From Pseudomonadota bacterium (lineage in GTDB: Bacteria; SZUA-182; DTGQ01): a stretch of 12,790 nt of DNA. The stretch covers positions 1 to 12,790 of the forward strand of contig DAOURK010000144.1 in NCBI GenBank assembly GCA_030625085.1. Reading direction: 5' to 3'. Every line of letters begins with the position of its first letter. The stretch's first letter is position 1. The notes beneath the pieces are model-generated. The model had not been told where the DNA came from and searched no databases. It saw nothing but the letters and a program-made list of their open reading frames with translations. The translations under genes were made by a program, and so were the position numbers. This document shows positions 1-6,454 of the stretch, in pieces.

Positions 1-151
1 TAAAATTGAGTAAAAAGGAAATGGCACCATATGAAAAACAGATACAACGAATGCCTGGATTAGAGAAGTGGTTCATTGATATTCCACCATCTCTGAATTG
101 ATCGAATTTTGGGACAATTTATTTTTTCCACGTACCTTAACTACTCAATTG

Positions 152-2119
152 CTAAAGCCCTGTGGGATTTTTATCCGTGCTTGTTAAAGAGACCAACTGA
201 GCCTCTTTCTTTTTCCGCGTCATTCGTGACAGCAATTTCTCTACCTCCATCTCTCCAAGGACCTCCTTTTCCATCAAGGCTTGAGCCAATCTATCCAAAA
301 CATGACGATTTCGCTTTATTATTTCCTCTGCTTGCTGCAAAGAAATCTGAAGTAAAGCCCTGACCTCCTGATCAATAATCACCGCCGTCCGTTCACTATA
401 ATCCTTCTCTTGGGCAATTTCTTTACCCAAAAATACATGCCCCTCTCCATGCTGAAAAGACACCGGCCCTAAGCGCTCGCTCATTCCCCAGTGGCAAATC
501 ATTCGTTTAGCCAATTGAGTGGCTTGCTTTAAATCATTTTCCGCACCCGAGGTCACATCCTCAAAGACCAATTTTTCTGCAGCTCTTCCTCCCAAACTGA
601 TAACCAACCGGTGCATCAGATAGGATTGAAAATAATTATACCTATCTTCTTTGGGAAGCTGTTCGGTTACTCCTAAGGAACGCCCCCGGGGGATAATGGT
701 AACCTTGTGAATAGGGTCAGAATCAGGGAAAAACCGGGCCACCAAAGTATGGCCTGCCTCATGAAAGGCCACAACCTTTTTTTCCCCTTCGCTTAATAAA
801 TCATCTCTCAATCCCCCCAGGAGAATTTTATCTTTGGCCCTCTCAAAATCTTCCATATCTACCTGATCCTTATTTTCTCTGGCTGCATCCAAGGCCGCTT
901 CATTAATGAGGTTTTCCAGGTCCGCCCCCGAAAACCCGGGTGTCCCCTGAGCCAATATGGTTAGATCCACGTCTGGGGCAAGCCGCACCTTTCGCGTATG
1001 GACCTTTAAAATTTGCAGTCTCCCTTCTTTATGCGGCCTTTCAATAACCACCTGACGATCAAACCTCCCCGGCCTGATCAAAGCAGGGTCTAAAACATCA
1101 GGACGGTTAGTAGCCGCAATAACCACCACTGATTGATGCTCGGCAAAACCATCCATCTCAGCCAAAATTTGATTCAATGTCTGTTCCCGTTCATCTTGTC
1201 CTCCTCCAATACCTGCCCCCCTATACCGCCCCACTGAATCGATTTCATCAATAAAAATAATGCTTGGAGCATTTCTCTTGGCTTTGCCGAACAAATCTCT
1301 TACCCGAGACGCACCCACACCAACAAACATTTCAATAAACTGCGAACCGGAAATAGAATAGAAAGGAACGCTTGCCTCGCCGGCCACAGCTCTGGCCATA
1401 AGAGTTTTCCCCGTACCCGGCGGGCCCATCAAAAGTACACCACGAGGAATTTTGCCGCCTAATCGCTCAAAGCGACCCGGTTCTTTCAAATAAGCAACAA
1501 TATCCATCAACTCCTTCTTAGCATAAGTTAAGCCGGCTACATCATCAAAAGTAATAATACTTTTTGTTTTTTGATACAAGTGGGCCCCGGACTTATTAAA
1601 CTTAGTAAACAATGTATTTTGGGTGCTGTTTAATTTCTTGGATGCATACCAAAAAAAGCCCAAAATAAAAACCCATGGCAAGACAAAAATCATCAGGCTA
1701 AAAAGCCATTCATTTCCTTTTTTGGCTGTTACAATTACCTCCGCTTCGGTTAATTCCCGCATCAAATCCTGATCGCCAAATTCCGGAATATGGGTAGTAA
1801 AATACAAATATTCAGCTTCTTTTCCCTCCTCTTTGCCCGAAGAGCTTGGCATAAAAACTGATTGAATAAATTCACCTTCAATTATTTCATTACGGGTTAT
1901 AATTTCTTTAATATTTCTGCCGGCCAACTCTTCCTTAAATTCGCTATAGGGAATTTCCATCCTCTCTTTTGGCTTACTTCCATAAAGAAAAAACTCATAG
2001 AAAATAAGGGCTAAAAGAAAAATTAAAAAAAGATGCTTCCAAATAGTATTTTTAGGAGAAGCCCCTCCTGATTCTTTATTTTCGGGGCTATCATCCCATT
2101 GATCATTCTCTGTTTTCAT
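152..2119 (-). CDS. ftsH: ATP-dependent zinc metalloprotease FtsH (membrane AAA+ protease)
   Basis: The 655-aa ORF has an N-terminal TM helix ([17 protein letters not shown]) and a second TM ([20 protein letters not shown]). It carries a Walker A motif (GPPGTGKT), Walker B ([11 protein letters not shown]), the AAA second region of homology ([19 protein letters not shown]) and the zinc-binding HEAGH motif of M41 peptidases. An AGAGGT Shine-Dalgarno sits about 7 nt upstream of the ATG at 2119 on the minus strand. Confidence 0.95.
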   Translation of the reverse strand: MKTENDQWDDSPENKESGGASPKNTIWKHLFLIFLLALIFYEFFLYGSKPKERMEIPYSEFKEELAGRNIKEIITRNEIIEGEFIQSVFMPSSSGKEEGKEAEYLYFTTHIPEFGDQDLMRELTEAEVIVTAKKGNEWLFSLMIFVLPWVFILGFFWYASKKLNSTQNTLFTKFNKSGAHLYQKTKSIITFDDVAGLTYAKKELMDIVAYLKEPGRFERLGGKIPRGVLLMGPPGTGKTLMARAVAGEASVPFYSISGSQFIEMFVGVGASRVRDLFGKAKRNAPSIIFIDEIDSVGRYRGAGIGGGQDEREQTLNQILAEMDGFAEHQSVVVIAATNRPDVLDPALIRPGRFDRQVVIERPHKEGRLQILKVHTRKVRLAPDVDLTILAQGTPGFSGADLENLINEAALDAARENKDQVDMEDFERAKDKILLGGLRDDLLSEGEKKVVAFHEAGHTLVARFFPDSDPIHKVTIIPRGRSLGVTEQLPKEDRYNYFQSYLMHRLVISLGGRAAEKLVFEDVTSGAENDLKQATQLAKRMICHWGMSERLGPVSFQHGEGHVFLGKEIAQEKDYSERTAVIIDQEVRALLQISLQQAEEIIKRNRHVLDRLAQALMEKEVLGEMEVEKLLSRMTRKKKEAQLVSLTSTDKNPTGL

Positions 2120-2301
2120 ACCATTACCTCTGTTTTCCCCTATTTATATTATCTAAAAAAATTTCCAAAACTCCAGTTTATTAACAAAAACCCTATTTAT
2201 ATCTCGGGTAATTTTTAAAAAAAACCTAAATTTCATTTTGCCCGGCTTCATAAGATTTATTTTAAATGAACGCCCTGTAAGATAAATATTTCAAAATCCT
2301 C

Positions 2302-2337
2302 TTGACCAAAATCACAAATACAGTATGATGGTACAAT
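2302..2337 (+). promoter_or_regulatory. Candidate sigma70-type promoter for the rSAM cassette: TTGACC (2302-2307), 16-nt spacer, TATGAT (2324-2329). An overlapping extended -10 of form TGgTACAAT ends at 2337.
   Basis: I spotted this by eye as a -35/-10 match in the 250-bp divergent intergenic region between ftsH and the cassette. No transcript data are available. Confidence 0.25.
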
Positions 2338-2368
2338 CAAATAATGGGTATCCCGGAAAAATAAAAAA

Positions 2369-3325
2369 ATGGATCATCCTTCACTACAAACCATCTCTAG
2401 TGCACCTCAATTGGAGAGAGAAAATTATCGCCTCTGCTTCCGCTTTGAATATGGCCCCCTGGATGACGGGACCATCTGGGTCAGGACCCCCCGCCGGGGG
2501 CTGTTTCATGTAGACTGGCTAACTTTACGACTTTTACTTGAAATGAATGCCGGAGCATCAACAAAAAATCTGGCCCAAAAGTACAAAATTGAGATTAAAG
2601 AGATTCACTCTCTTTTGCTCAATCTGGAAAAAGAAGGCGCCATTGTTCTTTCCAGACAAGGGAAAATAACCAGAGGTAAGCTGCAAGATGACATTCATCT
2701 GGCCCCCTTCATTTTTCTCTTTTTATTTTTAGGAATCATACAAGTTGAATATTTTCAAAATCTGGCCAGTACTGTCCACCTCAATCACTGGTATGAAGGG
2801 GTATTAATTGGTTTAATCTCTATCATACCTATCATTTTGCATGAATTGGGGCACTATATGACAGCCAAGCCTTATTTCCCGCCCAGGTTGGGATTTACCT
2901 ACTTATGGTTCTTTCCGGCGGTATACATTGACACTCAGGCAGCCTGGTGCCTTCCACGAAACATCCGGTTATTAATCAACTCAGCCGGGCTTTTCATGGA
3001 CCTTATTTTCAACACCGTAATGGCATATGTAGTCCTTTATTATCCACCCTGGGAGTATTTTGTTACTCCACTACTTATTCTTCAATATACTCGATGGACA
3101 ATCATTCTCAACCCTCTGGTTAACGGCGACGGCTATTGGCTCCTGTCCGATGCTTCTAAAACCATTAATCTGCGAAGAAAAGGGAGAGAAACCCTGCGTA
3201 AAGGTAAAATTCATTGGTTATCCCTCTATGGCCTTTTGTCTTTGTTCTTTTCTCTATTATCCATATTGGGCCTGGCCTGGTTTATCATAAATCTTCTGGG
3301 AAAGGTTATTCCCCCTTTCTTTTAA
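2369..3325 (+). CDS. PqqD-like (RiPP recognition element-like) N-terminal domain fused to an M50/site-2-protease-like intramembrane zinc metalloprotease
   Basis: Residues 20-95 (YRLCFRFEYGPLDDGTIWVRTPRRGLFHVDWLTLRLLLEMNAGASTKNLAQKYKIEIKEIHSLLLNLEKEGAIVL) follow the PqqD-family pattern of a beta-hairpin then a helical segment ending in a hydrophobic L..L...G motif. Six predicted TM helices follow. HELGH sits inside TM2 (nt 2840-2854) and NPLVNGDGYW inside TM5. Together these match the M50 HExxH plus NxxPxxxxDG signature of the RseP/SpoIVFB family. The ATG at 2369 has only a weak A-rich RBS. Confidence 0.6.
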   Translation: MDHPSLQTISSAPQLERENYRLCFRFEYGPLDDGTIWVRTPRRGLFHVDWLTLRLLLEMNAGASTKNLAQKYKIEIKEIHSLLLNLEKEGAIVLSRQGKITRGKLQDDIHLAPFIFLFLFLGIIQVEYFQNLASTVHLNHWYEGVLIGLISIIPIILHELGHYMTAKPYFPPRLGFTYLWFFPAVYIDTQAAWCLPRNIRLLINSAGLFMDLIFNTVMAYVVLYYPPWEYFVTPLLILQYTRWTIILNPLVNGDGYWLLSDASKTINLRRKGRETLRKGKIHWLSLYGLLSLFFSLLSILGLAWFIINLLGKVIPPFF

Positions 3326-3343
3326 ATAAGGAGGAGCATAAAA

Positions 3344-4108
3344 ATGCAGTTGGGATTGTTAAAGACGTTTCTTATTATTATAGCCGCCATTGCCCTTTTA
3401 GGGTCCACCTTTAAAATTATGAAAGAATACGAGAGGGCGGTTATCTTTCGATTAGGAAAATTATTACGAACCAAGGGACCGGGACTTATTTTTCTTATCC
3501 CTCTGGTTGACCGAATGAAAAAAATCGATCTAAGGCTCGTCTCAATAGATGTGCCAAGACAAGACATCATGACCAGGGACAATGTACCGGTAACCGTAGA
3601 TGCAGTAGTATATTTCCTCATTAGTGATCCGGCCCGGGCGGTCATTGGTATTCAAAACATCTATCAGTCTACTTTTCTGATCGCTCAGACCACTTTGCGT
3701 AATATTCTCGGCCAAGCGGAGCTTGATGATCTGCTAAGCCAGCAGTCAAAAATCAACCAGCAATTACAGCAGGTTGTCAGTGAGCATACCAGCCAGTGGG
3801 GAATCAAAATTCCTATTGTCGAAATCAAGGAAGTTACCCTGCCGGAAGAAATGAAAAGAGCCATGGCCAAGCAAGCCGAAACCGAGAGGGAGAGGAGGGC
3901 TCGAATCATAGATGCCCAGGGAGAATATCAGGCAGCCCAGACCCTTGCAGATGCTGGTAAAATTCTGTCCAGCAGCCCCCAAAGTTTACAATTGCGCTAC
4001 CTTCAGACGTTACGAGATATTTCTATGCAAAAAGGCTCTACTATTGTTTTCCCCTTCCCTCTAGATGTGGTTGAACCTTTTGTACAAGGAATAAAAAAAA
4101 TTTTCCAA
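3344..4108 (+). other. SPFH/stomatin (band 7) domain portion of the fusion CDS
   Basis: Stomatin/QmcA-like sequence including a coiled-coil region (EMKRAMAKQAETERERRARIIDAQGEYQAAQTLADAG). The C-terminal boundary is approximate. Confidence 0.7.
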
Positions 4109-5362
4109 AAAGAAGGGTCTGAAGCTAAGGGGAAAAAAGAGGAATCAGGTAAAAGTATGCCGAAGGAAAAAATTGCCGATAGCGAACCACAAGTAATAGA
4201 TAATGAGCCCCAAGTTACAAATTTTCAAAAAATTGATGTCCAACCCAATAAAAGCGAGACTCCACCCACTCCACCCCAACAAGAAATATTGACTCAATAT
4301 CAGAAATCCTGGCGGGAAGGGAAATTAAAACCTCAATACGTGCAGTGGTTGAGTACAGATAGATGCCAGTTCCAATGTGCTCACTGCGAAACAACGGCTC
4401 AGCAGGCCAATCCTAAAGAGTTAACTACTGATGAAGCAAAAAAAATCTTAGATGATCTGGCTGAACTTGGGTGTGAATTTTTATCTATCACCGGTGGTGA
4501 ACCCTTATTGCGCAAAGATGTTTTCTCTCTTGGCCAACATGCCCACCAAAGAGGACTGAAAGTGGGGCTGACCACCAACGCCCAGGCTGCGGAAAAAAAT
4601 CTTATGGCCTTGGAAAAGACGCGCTTTGACTCTTTGGTCATTACCCTGGATGGATATAAAGATACGCAAAACCACCTTCGTGGAACTGAAGATAGTTACG
4701 AGCGAGGTATTCGTACCATTGAATTTTTTCATGATCTGGGCGCACCCTCTATTGGCGTATCCACCATCCTGCTGGAAGAAAATCTTCAGGAACTTCCGCA
4801 GATGACTGAAGAAATTTTTCGTGCCGGCGCCCACAGTCTTCAGCTTCAACCATTACTCTTCCAGCACGGCCGGCCGGCTCGAAACTCATCGGAATTGGTT
4901 AAAAACGCCTTGAGGTTTGTTCCGGAAGCCAGGAGACGAGGTTTTGCCGTAGAAATTGGCGAGGTTTTCGGCTATCTGGGTCCTCTGGGACCCTTGGTCC
5001 GCAGCACTCCATTTTTCTGCGGCTGCGGCTGGAATACCTTTTGTATTAACCAAGAGGGAGATGTGGTGGGCTGTGCGCTGTCGAAGGCCTCTAATCTGAA
5101 GGAAGGAAATTGTCGGACCGATTCCCTTAAAGATATTTGGGAACAAAAATTTAGTACATTTCGTCAAAATGTACCCTCAGGGCTTCCCTCAACCTGTAGC
5201 CAATGTGAACATGTTTCCATCTGCCGGGGAGGATGCTGGCTTTTTAGGGCTCAAGGGTTAAACCCTTGTTTTCTGCCTGAGGCAGAACAAGTTTATCAGG
5301 AGATTAACAATGCGTTATATTCTCAAACTATTGAAGGAAAATCCCAAGTATTATCTCGATAA
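3344..5362 (+). CDS. Fusion protein: N-terminal SPFH/stomatin-like (band 7) domain, low-complexity K/E/P/Q linker, then a radical SAM enzyme with C-terminal SPASM (auxiliary 4Fe-4S) domain
   Basis: A strong RBS (AAGGAGGAG) lies 8 nt upstream of the ATG. Residues 1-255 form a complete stomatin-like protein: a TM helix, then YERAVIFRLGKLLRTKGPGLIFLIPLVDRMKKIDLRLVSIDVPRQDIMTRDNVPVTVDAVVYF, ending in LRYLQTLRDISMQKGSTIVFPFPLDV. The rSAM CxxxCxxC motif is CQFQCAHC (aa 341-348, nt 4364-4387), followed by a GGEPLLRKD glycine-rich SAM-binding segment. The C-terminus has SPASM-type cysteine clusters CGCGWNTFCINQEGDVVGC and CSQCEHVSICRGGCW. The reading frame is continuous with no internal stop. Confidence 0.8.
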   Translation: MQLGLLKTFLIIIAAIALLGSTFKIMKEYERAVIFRLGKLLRTKGPGLIFLIPLVDRMKKIDLRLVSIDVPRQDIMTRDNVPVTVDAVVYFLISDPARAVIGIQNIYQSTFLIAQTTLRNILGQAELDDLLSQQSKINQQLQQVVSEHTSQWGIKIPIVEIKEVTLPEEMKRAMAKQAETERERRARIIDAQGEYQAAQTLADAGKILSSSPQSLQLRYLQTLRDISMQKGSTIVFPFPLDVVEPFVQGIKKIFQKEGSEAKGKKEESGKSMPKEKIADSEPQVIDNEPQVTNFQKIDVQPNKSETPPTPPQQEILTQYQKSWREGKLKPQYVQWLSTDRCQFQCAHCETTAQQANPKELTTDEAKKILDDLAELGCEFLSITGGEPLLRKDVFSLGQHAHQRGLKVGLTTNAQAAEKNLMALEKTRFDSLVITLDGYKDTQNHLRGTEDSYERGIRTIEFFHDLGAPSIGVSTILLEENLQELPQMTEEIFRAGAHSLQLQPLLFQHGRPARNSSELVKNALRFVPEARRRGFAVEIGEVFGYLGPLGPLVRSTPFFCGCGWNTFCINQEGDVVGCALSKASNLKEGNCRTDSLKDIWEQKFSTFRQNVPSGLPSTCSQCEHVSICRGGCWLFRAQGLNPCFLPEAEQVYQEINNALYSQTIEGKSQVLSR

Positions 5363-6425
5363 AATTAAATATTACCCCCGCAATGTAGTCTGGGAGCTGA
5401 CTTTGCGCTGCAATATGAATTGTGCTCATTGCGGGTCCGAGGCTGGACCTGAACGAGGGCAAGAACTTAACCATGAAGAGGCCATGGATTTTTGTCGTCA
5501 ATTGGGAAAAATGGGTTGTGAACTCCTGACGCTCCTGGGAGGGGAACCTTTTTTGCGGGAAGATTGGGATGATCTGGCCCTCTGTCTTCAAGAATATGGG
5601 GTTAAGGTGAACGCTATTTCCAACGGGTATCTCATGGATCAAGCTTTGGTGGATAGGATTAAAAAGGCCCGCCTGAGCAATGTGGCCGTAAGTCTGGACG
5701 GACTTGAGCAAACTCACCAAAAAATGAGGCGGAAGCCGGGGTCGTTTCAACGAGTTCTGAATGCTTTAGATCTGCTTCGACAAAATGGTGTCTCCTCAGC
5801 TATGGTCACCACCATCTGCAAGGATAACCTGGATGAGTTAGATGGGATTCAACAGATCGCCATTGAAAAACAGGTGGATATCTGGCAGCTTCAAATCGGC
5901 GTTCCCCGTGGAAGGCTTTGTGAGCACTCCGATTTTGTCATCCAACCGGAAGACCTTTCCAAACTTGAACAATTTGTGCTCCGGGCACGCAAGGATCAAC
6001 GTATAAGGTTGGATGTCGCTGACAACATCGGCTATTTTGGCCAAAATGAGGAATCCTTGCGCACCAGCACACCCGGTCGGCTCCCTTTCTGGAGCGGATG
6101 TTTTGCGGGGATACAAGCCCTTGGCATCGAAGCCAATGGAGACATTAAGGGATGTTTATCAATGCCTACCCTGCCGGAATTCATTGAGGGTAATGTGCGC
6201 CAAGAACCTTTGGCCAAAATCTGGAACAAGCCTGGAGGCTTTTCCTACAACCGAGATTTTCATACCCGTATGTTGGAAGGTGATTGCAAGGATTGTGAAT
6301 ATGGTTATGTGTGCCGGGGAGGCTGTAAATCTACGGCCTATTGCTTTACCGGCTCGTTTTTTAATAATCCTTATTGCCTCTACCGCATAGAAAAAAAAGG
6401 AGAGGATAAAAAGTATAATAGTTAA
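5310..6425 (+). CDS. Radical SAM / SPASM-domain enzyme (peptide-maturase-like; anSME/sactipeptide-maturase-like architecture)
   Basis: An AGGAGA RBS lies 6 nt upstream of the ATG at 5310, and the start overlaps the upstream stop by 53 nt, suggesting translational coupling. The CxxxCxxC motif is CNMNCAHC (nt 5409-5432), followed by a GGEPFLRED SAM-binding motif. C-terminal SPASM cysteines are GCFAGIQALGIEANGDIKGC and CKDCEYGYVCRGGCKSTAYC. Confidence 0.85.
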   Translation: MRYILKLLKENPKYYLDKIKYYPRNVVWELTLRCNMNCAHCGSEAGPERGQELNHEEAMDFCRQLGKMGCELLTLLGGEPFLREDWDDLALCLQEYGVKVNAISNGYLMDQALVDRIKKARLSNVAVSLDGLEQTHQKMRRKPGSFQRVLNALDLLRQNGVSSAMVTTICKDNLDELDGIQQIAIEKQVDIWQLQIGVPRGRLCEHSDFVIQPEDLSKLEQFVLRARKDQRIRLDVADNIGYFGQNEESLRTSTPGRLPFWSGCFAGIQALGIEANGDIKGCLSMPTLPEFIEGNVRQEPLAKIWNKPGGFSYNRDFHTRMLEGDCKDCEYGYVCRGGCKSTAYCFTGSFFNNPYCLYRIEKKGEDKKYNS

Positions 6426-6454
6426 TGAATAGAGTGAATATAAGGAAATAAATA

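Noticed and set aside
1-110. Possible short ORFs at the 5' edge: a plus-strand 29-aa ORF from 21 to 110, and a minus-strand frame opening at 75 that runs off the window with a GGTGG upstream
   Set aside because: Too short, or truncated, with no recognisable protein signature. They cannot be told from noise using this window alone.
109-363. 84-aa plus-strand ORF
   Set aside because: Lies entirely antisense to the well-supported ftsH CDS. It has low-complexity composition and no RBS. It is a spurious antisense frame.
2153-2251. 32-aa minus-strand ORF (MKPGKMKFRFFLKITRDINRVFVNKLEFWKFF) in the ftsH/cassette intergenic region, considered as a possible precursor peptide
   Set aside because: No Shine-Dalgarno, and composition driven by A/T homopolymer runs. 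It has no Cys or other residues typical of SPASM-rSAM substrates, and it lies on the opposite strand from the cassette.
2325-2513. 62-aa plus-strand ORF upstream of and overlapping the start of the RRE-M50 gene
   Set aside because: It is out of frame with the 2369 ORF, which carries recognisable domain homology. It has a Pro/Gly-rich unstructured tail and no RBS. Its ATG at 2325 also overlaps the candidate -10 element (2324-2329).
3214-3414. 66-aa ORF spanning the junction of the M50 and stomatin-rSAM genes
   Set aside because: Out of frame with both flanking genes, each of which has strong RBSs and domain content. It is an overlap artefact.
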